A stretch of DNA of 64,000 nt from Candidatus Melainabacteria bacterium 17Bon1m (GCA_032128875.1 JAVLKG010000002.1:64001-128000), one strand, 5' to 3'; shown: positions 19,580 through 28,726, counted from the stretch's first letter. Translations and numbers: made by a program. Notes: generated from the sequence alone by a model not told the origin.

Positions 19580-20345
19580 AAGGCAACTCCCTACGATTGA
19601 GACTATAAATGCAGACGGAGATGAAGAATGTAATTACGGCGAAATACGCAGTGATTTGTACCCAGTCGAAATTGCCATGCTTAAAGACGGTTGTAAGTGC
19701 AATGAATGGTTCGAGTATGAAGTGTAAAACCGCGTAAATGCAACCGATTGGTGGCACAAGCAAATTCGCAATTGTTCGACCTATACCCTCTGGAATGGTA
19801 TTAGGTTGAATCTGCGCGATCATCCCTGTGATTCCTCCGGCTATAACGAAAACCAGATAAACCGCCAAGTCTTTGGAACCTGATACCAGAGAAGAAAAGA
19901 ACATGAAAACTGCAGAGAATCCAAAGCAAATCAATATTCGCTCGACGCCGTTGGTCAGGATAAAGCTCGGGTCTAAATCGTATGGCGTGCGGAATGCAGC
20001 CACAAAGAGCTCTGCGAAAAACTGAATCATCGATACCGTCGACGCCGCTATCGCGACCGCAAGCCATTTGCTTAGCGCATAAGTTGATATTTTTACTGGG
20101 CGTGAAAGAACTAGAGACAGCGTGCCGTCGTTAAGCTGCCCGCCGATGCATCCGCTTCCGCAAGCGAGTACAAAAGGAATCTGCTCTGCTACGTCGGTGA
20201 GATATTCAGAGGGAAATTGCTTCTCTATGCATAAGCTCATTGTGGTCTTTATGAGCGGATACAGGATGAACAGCGTCACAACTAATTGCCGCAGCTTGCT
20301 TGCAAGACACATGTGCCAGGTGTTTTTCATGATTGCCCAGTTCAT
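19566..20345 (-). CDS. ABC-2 type transporter permease
   Basis: about 6 TM; GTLSLVLSRPV..Y.LSKW motif; overlaps both neighbours. Confidence 0.85.
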   Translation of the reverse strand: MNWAIMKNTWHMCLASKLRQLVVTLFILYPLIKTTMSLCIEKQFPSEYLTDVAEQIPFVLACGSGCIGGQLNDGTLSLVLSRPVKISTYALSKWLAVAIAASTVSMIQFFAELFVAAFRTPYDLDPSFILTNGVERILICFGFSAVFMFFSSLVSGSKDLAVYLVFVIAGGITGMIAQIQPNTIPEGIGRTIANLLVPPIGCIYAVLHFILEPFIALTTVFKHGNFDWVQITAYFAVITFFISVCIYSLNRRELPYGAD

Positions 20346-21352
20346 GAGTCTTTCACCTCATTCTTCGCGGCGCTGTCCGAAAGTTTTTCAGAACCGTCTG
20401 CACGCTCTGTTGCGCCATCTACGAAGAAGCGCTCCAGACGATTGTCTTGTGGCGTGGCTTCAATAATTCTGTATCCCGTCTCTATCATTGCGGCAAGAGT
20501 GTCAGCGACGGCGTCGACGCTGGGCATCTCAAAAACAGCCAAATTTGACTGCGCTTCAATGACCGCCGCTTCAAAGCGTGAGGCTATACTATGAATTTCT
20601 GAATGGTCTGTACGTAATTTGTCGACTTGCCATTTGATCACGTATTTGCAGCTTTCGATTTGACCATGCTTCAGGTCCTCCACCGCATCGACTTTACCGT
20701 GCTTGATAAAGACGACGCGATCACAAAGCTTTTCTACCTGCTCCAATTGGTGAGAGTTCAGAATAATAGTCATACCTTCTGCTTTCAGCTCGCGCATGAG
20801 GCGGCGCAGCAGAAGAACTCCGGCAGGATCGACACCGGATGCCGGTTCATCCAAAAGCAAAAAGCGAGGGCGCCCGAGTAGCGCCTGCGCAAATCCGAGG
20901 CGCTGCAGCATGCCTCGGGAATATCTTTTGATAAGAAGATCCCAGCTCTTTTGCTCAAGAGCAACTTTGGTCAGTAACTCATCGCAGACCATAGCTTTCG
21001 CATTCGGGTCCAATCCAGCTAATTCATAATGAAACTGCATGAACTGACGCCCGGTCATCCATTTGTCGAAATTGAGGCGCTCAGGTAGATAGCCGACTAT
21101 CCTTCGCGTTTCAAGCGCGTCGGGTGGCAGACCGTCAATCGTTATGGACCCCCGATCTACTTTGAGAAAGGCGAGCAAGCACCCGAACAATGTTGTCTTG
21201 CCGGCACCGTTTGGACCGATGATACCCAGCGCCTCGCCCGGATTTGCGGTCAGTGAAAGCTCGTCCAGTGCTTTAACCTTGCCGGCTTTGTAGGTTTTGA
21301 CGACGTCCTTAACGACGATGCCCTGGCTGGTTTCAGACTCTGTCGAATTCAT
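20342..21352 (-). CDS. ABC transporter ATP-binding protein
   Basis: GPNGAGKTT, YSRGM, LLLDEP, NSH. Confidence 0.95.
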   Translation of the reverse strand: MNSTESETSQGIVVKDVVKTYKAGKVKALDELSLTANPGEALGIIGPNGAGKTTLFGCLLAFLKVDRGSITIDGLPPDALETRRIVGYLPERLNFDKWMTGRQFMQFHYELAGLDPNAKAMVCDELLTKVALEQKSWDLLIKRYSRGMLQRLGFAQALLGRPRFLLLDEPASGVDPAGVLLLRRLMRELKAEGMTIILNSHQLEQVEKLCDRVVFIKHGKVDAVEDLKHGQIESCKYVIKWQVDKLRTDHSEIHSIASRFEAAVIEAQSNLAVFEMPSVDAVADTLAAMIETGYRIIEATPQDNRLERFFVDGATERADGSEKLSDSAAKNEVKDS

Positions 21353-21405
21353 TAATGCAAACAGCCGGAGGTGGAACAGGGACTCGGGTCACCAGAATTT
21401 CAGTT

Positions 21406-21429
21406 GCATATGATTAAAGTACCCAGTTG
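21406..21429 (-). promoter_or_regulatory. conserved 24-bp upstream element, copy 1
   Basis: GCATATGATTAAAGTACCCAGTTG, 23/24 identical to 54756..54779; 54 nt from the ABC start. Confidence 0.6.
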
Positions 21430-21528
21430 GAAACCTTCTAAGCTGAGTCCCGGAAAACTAGCTCAAGTGAGAATTAAACTTGAGAACTATGGTGTTTCTG
21501 CTTGTCACTTCTTTGTGACTCGGGTGGA

Positions 21529-23049
21529 TTATTGCTGCAAATCTTGCAGTTCGCGGACGGCGTAATGGTATTCGATGAACTCTCGGGTGCCATTTTTGAT
21601 GACCCATTCAAAACGCTCCTTAGCTTCCGCGCGTTTGCCATCTAATAGGTTGACCATGCCGGTGTAGAAGTTTGTTTCGGTTTTCTGATCTTTGTCTTGC
21701 GCCGCTTCGTTGAAATCCTTTTCGCTCATTGTGCCATCCAGAAAGGATGCAACTTTGTATGCCCAGCTCTTATCGGAGAGTTTTTGTTTGATTGACTTTA
21801 GCTCTTCAGCAGAATTCTCTACTCCAAGGCGTCTCGATGCTAAGTAATTCGTAAACGCGAAATAGGCGAGTCGTTCTGGGGAATCGTCTTGTTCAAGAGC
21901 TTTGTCAGTTATTTCTATTGCCTTTTGATAATTGCGGTCGATGAACGCGATTTCCATCGCGAGCTGCAAAGCCGTCATATCGTCTGGTTTTTCCTCTAAG
22001 AGTTTTTCAACCGCAGGCTTAGCTTTCTTTATCTGATTCGCTTCCAGGTAAAGAGATGCGCGGATCTGATTCGCAAGGGCTGTGTCGTTTTGCGCTGCCT
22101 CTGGCGATTCAATAATGTCGATTGCTTTACTCAAATTCTTGTCGCGATGATAGGCGTTGGATGCTTTTGAAATTGCAAGATTACCGCTCCTATCAAATGT
22201 TCCAGCCTGTTCTAGCATGAACACGCCAACGATAAACAATGACAGCACAAGTACGCCGAGTGCGTCGCGCAGGCGGAAAGTTCTATCAATATTGTTGATT
22301 GGTGCCATCGCAGCACCGATCGCTAGCCCCGCTATTACACCACCAAAGTGAGCAGCATGATCTGCTCTCATGCTGGCGCCAAACACCACGCACACAGCCA
22401 GATAGCCTGCTATCTGCTTCATTGACTCGGTAAAGATTCTCGGCTCGATTTCCTTTTGATGCAGCAAAATAAATCCTGCATATGCACCAATTAGACCGCA
22501 GATTGCACCAGAGGCGCCTGCGCTGCCATTGTCCGCGTGAAACATCAGGCTTACAACGGAGGCAGCCATTCCGCTAAGAAGATAGATGATGACGTATTTA
22601 GTCTTGCCGTAAAGCAATTCGCATGATGTTCCGATGCGAGACAAAACAACCATATTGCATGCTAGATGAACGAATCCTATATGAATGAAAGTTGACGTGA
22701 GTAAGCGCCAAGGTTCGCCGTCCAAAGTGAGTGGCCCCCAGTCAAGCTGCCACTTCACGAGCAGTTCTGCATCCGGTCTCATAATTGCCGTAAAACCGCC
22801 GTCTATAACCATCGCGATGAAGATCAGAACGTTAATGACGATTATTGTGTTGGTTGTCCACGCCCTTTGATTGGGCAAAATCCACGGCTCAATAGCTTGG
22901 GTGCTAAATGTTAGAAGCGGCTGGTTTGCCTGAGCTTCCGGGTCTGTCTGAGCCTCTGGGGCCGCCGGATCTGCAGACGCAGCCGGCGTCACTTCGGCTG
23001 ATGTTTCAATGTTTATCGAATTGTTTGAATCTTTCTCTGCCATGGCCAC
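21529..23049 (-). CDS. rhomboid intramembrane serine protease with C-terminal TPR (NlpI-like) domain
   Basis: WRLLTSTFIH..HLACN, GASG, AHFGG; TPR helices ending EFIEYHYA. Confidence 0.9.
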   Translation of the reverse strand: MAMAEKDSNNSINIETSAEVTPAASADPAAPEAQTDPEAQANQPLLTFSTQAIEPWILPNQRAWTTNTIIVINVLIFIAMVIDGGFTAIMRPDAELLVKWQLDWGPLTLDGEPWRLLTSTFIHIGFVHLACNMVVLSRIGTSCELLYGKTKYVIIYLLSGMAASVVSLMFHADNGSAGASGAICGLIGAYAGFILLHQKEIEPRIFTESMKQIAGYLAVCVVFGASMRADHAAHFGGVIAGLAIGAAMAPINNIDRTFRLRDALGVLVLSLFIVGVFMLEQAGTFDRSGNLAISKASNAYHRDKNLSKAIDIIESPEAAQNDTALANQIRASLYLEANQIKKAKPAVEKLLEEKPDDMTALQLAMEIAFIDRNYQKAIEITDKALEQDDSPERLAYFAFTNYLASRRLGVENSAEELKSIKQKLSDKSWAYKVASFLDGTMSEKDFNEAAQDKDQKTETNFYTGMVNLLDGKRAEAKERFEWVIKNGTREFIEYHYAVRELQDLQQ

Positions 23050-23181
23050 AGCGGAATAGGTCGATTTCCGTATTCTATCAGCTGCTATCGAGGGATTTGA
23101 TTGTTTCGCCGTTATGTTAGACTGCGCTTCTCCGCCTCTGTTTCAATCTGCACCTCTTTTGTTGTCGATTCTCCTCGGGCA

Positions 23182-24000
23182 ATGGAAGGTGATTTGAAAA
23201 GCGTTAGTTACAGTAAATTTGCTACAGGAAGAAAGACGGTTGTCGATCTTCTTACTATGGTGGCACCGCGCTCGGTATCAGCCTATCTTTTTCGCGATAT
23301 CGACATGAGTTGGGTTGGAGACGTCAGATCTGATTTTGCGAAAAATGGAAGCAGAGTAACAGTGACTGCGATGTTGCTGAAAGCGATTGCAATCGCACAG
23401 AAGTCACATCCCACGAGTAGATCTGAGCTTCTGCCCTTCGGAAGAATTGCCACATACGAAGAGGTTGTGGGCGGTTTCACCGTAGAACGAAACGAAGATG
23501 GCGCCGACACTGTCTTCTTCGCTGAAATTGAAGAGCCTGATACAAAACAGCTTTTACACATCGCTGAGGAATTGAGTCGCAGTGCTACGAGTGATATGGA
23601 TCAATTGCCACCGTTTGCAAAACAGAAGATCTACGCGCAATTACCCTATTTTTTGCGCCGTTTGATTCTCGGTATTGGCACTCTGATTCCGGCTCTCCGG
23701 CTTAAATGCCAGAAAGCAACATTCGGTCTGACGTCGCTCGGCAAGTACAAGATGAGTATGGTGCTGAGCCCGTGCATCTGCACGTCCACATTTGGAATAG
23801 GCACCATTGAGGACCGCCCAGTCGTCGTTGATGGAAACATCGTCGTGCGCCCAGTCATGACCATTTCTTTGAACTTCAACGCCAACGCGCTGGAAATCTC
23901 CGCTGCCGCAGCGTTTTTAGAAGACGTCTGCAGTTTGATGGAAGGAAGCCTTGCCGACGAAGCCAGCATGGTGCAAATGAGCTACTCGCAAGTGAGCTAG
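23182..24000 (+). CDS. 2-oxoacid dehydrogenase acyltransferase (E2/CAT-like) catalytic-domain protein, catalytic His absent
   Basis: DIDMS, TVTAMLLKAIA, TFGLTSLG, GTIEDRPVVVDGNIVVRPVM; DHRxxDG replaced by NANALEI; ORF from 23101. Confidence 0.8.
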   Translation: MEGDLKSVSYSKFATGRKTVVDLLTMVAPRSVSAYLFRDIDMSWVGDVRSDFAKNGSRVTVTAMLLKAIAIAQKSHPTSRSELLPFGRIATYEEVVGGFTVERNEDGADTVFFAEIEEPDTKQLLHIAEELSRSATSDMDQLPPFAKQKIYAQLPYFLRRLILGIGTLIPALRLKCQKATFGLTSLGKYKMSMVLSPCICTSTFGIGTIEDRPVVVDGNIVVRPVMTISLNFNANALEISAAAAFLEDVCSLMEGSLADEASMVQMSYSQVS

Positions 24001-24051
24001 TCGCAAACAAGCAAGTCGCAAAAAAAAGAGTCGCGAACAAATAATTCCAAA

Positions 24052-24092
24052 CAAAAACTGGTAACCGCCTATGTGGTTAAGCGGCTACCAGT
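24052..24092 (-). terminator. intrinsic terminator of the RRM operon
   Basis: ACTGGTAACCGC..GCGGCTACCAGT stem followed by a T-run on the minus strand. Confidence 0.65.
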
Positions 24093-24121
24093 ATTGAAAT
24101 CGAGAATCTTTAGACGAGCGC

Positions 24122-24469
24122 TTAGTTATTGCCTTGCGGGTCGTAGTCGGCAATTAGCTGTCTTTGAACAGTCGATCTTTCGTATTGACTTGATCCCGGC
24201 ATTTCGTGAATGAAGAGGAACAATTCGTCGCGCGTACCACCGCGCTCTTTCCACCATTGCTGGTGGCCGTTTCGAATCATCTCGGCTTGGAATGCCAGAT
24301 CTGAAGTCTCTCCGAAGAAAACAACGGTGTGTTTTTTTGGATTGCTGACTGCGTCAGCTTTGTATGTGACAGCGTATACCGCCTCGGCGCCTATGGGTTT
24401 CCATTGGTCGAGGTTTCCCACAGACATAAATCTGTAACGGTTGCGCTTGCCGAAGGACAGTGCACTCAT
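24122..24469 (-). CDS. hypothetical protein, degenerate GIY-YIG-like
   Basis: AVYAV..FFGETSDL..H..QLIADYDPQGN; AAGGAG RBS. Confidence 0.6.
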   Translation of the reverse strand: MSALSFGKRNRYRFMSVGNLDQWKPIGAEAVYAVTYKADAVSNPKKHTVVFFGETSDLAFQAEMIRNGHQQWWKERGGTRDELFLFIHEMPGSSQYERSTVQRQLIADYDPQGNN

Positions 24470-24532
24470 GTTTTCTCCTTCTTAATTACCAGGACTCTGA
24501 AAGCTGCGGTTACGAACTCGAGGAGTAAGTAC

Positions 24533-24811
24533 CTATCTTCTGCTGTAGCTGTTAGAACGTTGTTCTTTGGGTTGGGCAATTGATACGTGTAGAACGCGTC
24601 CGCCAAACTCATGCCCTTCTAGCCCGCGGATGGCATCTTCTGCCTGTTGTTGTGACGACATCTCGACAAAAGCAAAGCCTCTTGCTCTACCTGTGTCTCT
24701 GTCTGTAACCACTTTCGCCGAGGTCACTTCTCCGTATTCGCCAAACAGTTCTGAGAGTTGGCTGTCACTGCAGGTGAATGAGAGATTGCCTACGAATAAT
24801 TTGTTTTGCAT
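24533..24811 (-). CDS. RRM (RNP-1) RNA-binding protein
   Basis: LFVGNL (RNP-2), RGFAFVEM (RNP-1). Confidence 0.95.
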   Translation of the reverse strand: MQNKLFVGNLSFTCSDSQLSELFGEYGEVTSAKVVTDRDTGRARGFAFVEMSSQQQAEDAIRGLEGHEFGGRVLHVSIAQPKEQRSNSYSRR

Positions 24812-25174
24812 TTGAAATTGATCCTATGTGTACATGAGTTGAGCCCGAGCCGTACTTAAAGCTCAGGTAGGTCCGGCAGATTCAAATTTCAAAGCAAACG
24901 ATACAGACCGCAATGTGCAGTTCTAAAAAGTAATATTTGATTCAAAAGAGGCTTTAGTTTTTGGCTTAACATTCTCCGCCTTCGGCAGTTACACTCGAAG
25001 GAGAGTAAACACAGCCCGACCTGATTCCATCTTAGCACATGCTAATCAACCCCGGTTCCAAAACATCAATAGCAGGCAGGGCGCCCCATCTGCAAACCCC
25101 TGAATTGGTCGTAATTGTGCATTAAGGGTAAGATAGGGGTGGCACGAATAAATTTCCCTGGTTGACGCGCTGAG

Positions 25175-27442
25175 ATGCAGGATAACCTTCAAGACCTTAC
25201 TGCGGAAATTCCTTTGGAAGAAGAAGTCCTTGCTCTGGGGCGCTTGCCTATCGGCTCGGTCATTAATGGGCAGTTTCAGGTCGCTGCTTATCTCGGCTCA
25301 GGTGAGATGGGGCGGGTCTACAAGGTGGTCCACCTGGAGACGCGCAAGGTCTTTGCCCTGAAGACCATAAGTCCGGAAATGGCGGACGCAAAAGTGTTGG
25401 CAAAACGCCTTGAGCACGAGGCGGAGGCTGTACGTAAGCTGGTTCACGCAAATATCGTCTCGGTTTACGACGTCGGTGTAGCCGAAAACGGCGCGCCTTA
25501 TCTCGTGATGGACTACATCGAGGGAGAATGTTTGCATGTTTTGCTTAATTCTCTCGGGCGCGTTCCGCAGAATCGTGCGCTGCCGATTTTTATTCAAATT
25601 GCAAAAGGGCTGACGCACGCACACGAGAAGGCTGTAATACACCGGGATTTGAAGCCCAACAACATCATCATTTCGAAAGCGCCTGACGGCCACGAGCTGG
25701 TCAAAATTGTGGACTTCGGTATCGCCAAATTGGCGGACCAAGAATCTGCCGACAAGACTAAGTTGACTCAAGACGGCGAGCTTGTCGGGACGCCGCTATA
25801 CATGAGCCCGGAGCAGTGTCTTGGCGATGAGATCGATCCTCGCTCAGACCTCTATTCTTTTGGCTGCATCATGTACGAGACGTTGACTGGTTCGTTGCCT
25901 TTCAACGACGAGAATTTTGTCAAAGTGATCTTGCGACACTTAAGTTTGGATGCGCCGCCGATTCCTGATAAATTTGGTGTTTCGGAAGATATGAATAGGG
26001 TGATTTTGCGCTGTTTGGAAAAGCATCGCGACAATCGCTATCCAGATGCTGATGCACTTTTAACCGACCTGCATCGAATTGCGGATGGTCAAGGAATTAT
26101 TCCGCACAAGCGCAAGGCCAAAAAGGCAGCGCGTAAAAGACCTCCGCTTGTTGCCTTGGTTTTGGGCGCAATTGCCGTTTGCAGTATTGGCATTTATGCT
26201 GTGACAACGATGCTGACGCCGGTGCCCACCAACTTTTCAAAAGAAGAGCGGCACGCTGGAAAAACTCTTTCGGAGTGGACCGCGGAGATTGAGAAGAATC
26301 CGGACGACCCAGAGCTATATATAAACCGCGGCACCCTTCACTCTATTCGCGATGAGCGTAATAATGCTATCGACGATTTGACGCAGGCTCTCGAACTTAA
26401 GCCGGATCACCTTAAGGCTCTGGCGCAAAGAGCGCATTGCTATCTTTTGACGGCAAAGTATGAAAAGGCGCTTGAAGACGCGAACCGAATCATCAAACTC
26501 AAACCTGATTCTGCCGATGGTTATGCTCGTCGCGCCATGATTTACCAAACATGCGAGATGTTTGGCGAATCTCGTGATGATTGGGAACGCGCCATTGAGC
26601 TTGATCCGAAGAATGGATATTTCTGTTATGGTGCTGCGCAAAACTTGATGCCAGTCGGCAGATTTGATGATGCCGCACGTCTATTGAAGAAGTCTATCAC
26701 TCTTGGTGATAAAGCGAACAACGCTTACAGTGCGCTGCTTGGCCGCTGCTATACATATCAGCAAAAGTACGACAAAGCTTTTGAGTATCTGAATTTCAAT
26801 CCGGCCAAACAAAAAGTTCGCGGGGTTGAATGGGCGTCGGCGGCTTTCTATTATTTGTGCGTTGGCAAAACCGATGCCGCGCAGAAAGCGATGAATCAAG
26901 TGATGGCGCGGGAAACATTTCCGGCGCGCTCGCATCGCATTCTCGGTGAGTTGGCGCGCTGCGCAGGTCAGTATGAAAAGGCGATTCAAGAGTTTCATGT
27001 GTCCACTAGCTTGGAGGAAACGTACCCGGTTGGTTACCGCCAGCGGGGAATGTCGTTTTTCGCGTTGGGTCAATTCCACGCGGCCCTCGCTGATTTTAAG
27101 AAGGCATATCAGCTGAATCCTGAGTCGTCGACGACTGCAACTTGGCTGGCGCGCGTTGAGAGTAAGCTTGGCAAAAAGGATGAAGCGCAGAAGCTGTTGA
27201 AGAAGGCGTTCGAAGAGCAGTTGCTGGCGCCAATGTCTTATGTGAATAGAGGCTATGTAGAACTCGAGAATGGCAACATCGAAGGTGCGCTTGAGTCAGC
27301 GCGAGTTGCGTTGGTCATGGATCCGTGGCTGAAAGAAGGCTATGAATTGCGCGCGGCGGTTCGGCGCAAAGCCGGCGATAAGACGCAAGCTGCAATGGAT
27401 GCTGAAACAGCAAAGAAAATGATCAGCCATTTTGATCTTTAG
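25175..27442 (+). CDS. Ser/Thr protein kinase with TM and TPR domain (paralogue 1)
   Basis: GSGEMG, FALK, HRDLKPNN, DFG, YMSPE, TM helix, many TPRs. Confidence 0.95.
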   Translation: MQDNLQDLTAEIPLEEEVLALGRLPIGSVINGQFQVAAYLGSGEMGRVYKVVHLETRKVFALKTISPEMADAKVLAKRLEHEAEAVRKLVHANIVSVYDVGVAENGAPYLVMDYIEGECLHVLLNSLGRVPQNRALPIFIQIAKGLTHAHEKAVIHRDLKPNNIIISKAPDGHELVKIVDFGIAKLADQESADKTKLTQDGELVGTPLYMSPEQCLGDEIDPRSDLYSFGCIMYETLTGSLPFNDENFVKVILRHLSLDAPPIPDKFGVSEDMNRVILRCLEKHRDNRYPDADALLTDLHRIADGQGIIPHKRKAKKAARKRPPLVALVLGAIAVCSIGIYAVTTMLTPVPTNFSKEERHAGKTLSEWTAEIEKNPDDPELYINRGTLHSIRDERNNAIDDLTQALELKPDHLKALAQRAHCYLLTAKYEKALEDANRIIKLKPDSADGYARRAMIYQTCEMFGESRDDWERAIELDPKNGYFCYGAAQNLMPVGRFDDAARLLKKSITLGDKANNAYSALLGRCYTYQQKYDKAFEYLNFNPAKQKVRGVEWASAAFYYLCVGKTDAAQKAMNQVMARETFPARSHRILGELARCAGQYEKAIQEFHVSTSLEETYPVGYRQRGMSFFALGQFHAALADFKKAYQLNPESSTTATWLARVESKLGKKDEAQKLLKKAFEEQLLAPMSYVNRGYVELENGNIEGALESARVALVMDPWLKEGYELRAAVRRKAGDKTQAAMDAETAKKMISHFDL

Positions 27443-27462
27443 AACGCAGGAGATCTGTTTGC

Positions 27463-27999
27463 ATGGCTAAGCTCGTCTTTGGAATGAATCAATCACTTGA
27501 TGGTTATGTCGACCACGACCACAAGGACTTCACACCGTGTCCGGTGCTTTTTCGTCACTACATCGAGCAAGTGCGCGGGGAGTCTGGCATCATTTACGGC
27601 AGCCGCATTTATGCCCTCATGCAATATTGGGACGAGGATAAACCTGAATGGACCGCGGACCAACGAGAGTATGCCGAGGAGTGGAGGAAAAAACACAAAT
27701 GGGTCGTGTCAAACTCGCTTAAATCGGTTGGGCCGAATGCCACGCTTGTTGAAGGTGAGTTAGAAGGGCTGATTAAAAAACTTAAGTCCGAACTCGACGG
27801 CGAAATTGAAATCGCCGGACCGGTATTGGCTGGAAGCGCAACAGAACTTGGTCTTATCGACGAGTATCGAATTTATCTCCACCCGGTTGTGCTCGGAAAG
27901 GGCAGACCATTTTTCGTGGGGCCGCGACCACGACTTAGATTGGTGGCGCAAGAGCGAATTGGTGCAGATGTGATCCAATTGACTTATATTCCTGCGTAG
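27463..27999 (+). CDS. dihydrofolate reductase/RibD C-terminal-family protein
   Basis: NQSLDGY, GSRIY, LIDEYRIYLHPVVLGKG. Confidence 0.9.
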   Translation: MAKLVFGMNQSLDGYVDHDHKDFTPCPVLFRHYIEQVRGESGIIYGSRIYALMQYWDEDKPEWTADQREYAEEWRKKHKWVVSNSLKSVGPNATLVEGELEGLIKKLKSELDGEIEIAGPVLAGSATELGLIDEYRIYLHPVVLGKGRPFFVGPRPRLRLVAQERIGADVIQLTYIPA

Positions 28000-28156
28000 T
28001 TAAAACTTTAGACAGCTTACATTGCGCTTTGTGCTGAGAAATTTTGAGTAAGTAATACCATCCAGGAAAACCCTCTAGTTTATTGATGACTCAAAGCATG
28101 TATTCTACTGACGTGAGGTTCCGTCGGTGAAGAGAAGACCCATGCCAAGGTAAAAA

Positions 28157-28570
28157 ATGTCAGACAAACACCCTAATTTCGTCCAAAGCTATTTTCATGG
28201 CACGAAGGCAAGCCTGCACGTGGGAGACCTTATCGTTCCCGGTAATAATGCTAATTACGGTGAGCGGATAGCAAAATTCGTTTACGCTTCGTCGAACCTG
28301 AATGTGGCAATTTGGGCAGCGGAGCTTGCCGTTGGCGATGGGCCGGGCAGGATCTATGTCGTTGAACCACTGGGTAGCATTGAGAACGATCCTAATCTCA
28401 CCGACAAAAAATTTGCCGGAAATCCGACCAACTCATTTCGCGTACGAGAAGGTTTTAGGGTAGTCGCTGAAGTGAAAGACTGGCAGGGACATCCTTCCGA
28501 AGAAATCAAAGCCGCAAGAGAGAAGGTCGATCTTGCGTTGAAAAACGGTGCACCCATAATCGAGGACTAA
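28157..28570 (+). CDS. arr: NAD(+)-rifampin ADP-ribosyltransferase
   Basis: FHGTKA.L..GDL, WAAELA, RIYVVEP, ENDPNLTDKKF.GNPT.S.R, WQGH: full Arr signature. Confidence 0.92.
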   Translation: MSDKHPNFVQSYFHGTKASLHVGDLIVPGNNANYGERIAKFVYASSNLNVAIWAAELAVGDGPGRIYVVEPLGSIENDPNLTDKKFAGNPTNSFRVREGFRVVAEVKDWQGHPSEEIKAAREKVDLALKNGAPIIED

Positions 28571-28597
28571 AGCTACTCAAGTTTGCCCTCTGAAAAG

Positions 28598-28625
28598 CGG
28601 AGGGCAGGATTTCTCCTGCCCTCTG
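28598..28625. terminator. hairpin terminator after arr
   Basis: GAGGGCAGGA-TTTC-TCCTGCCCTC perfect stem. Confidence 0.65.
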
Positions 28626-28726
28626 AGCTGACGTTTTTCTTTTGGTTATAGATCTTCGTCATTTGTGATTGTTATGATGCAAAAATCGAGATAAGGTTCC
28701 CATCTGGCATGGAATATTTATGACTC

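Noticed and set aside
23999-24056. Short repeats GTCGC(A/G)AA(C/A)AA after the acyltransferase-like gene
   Set aside because: Units of about 15 bp with no spacers; low-complexity terminator flank, not CRISPR
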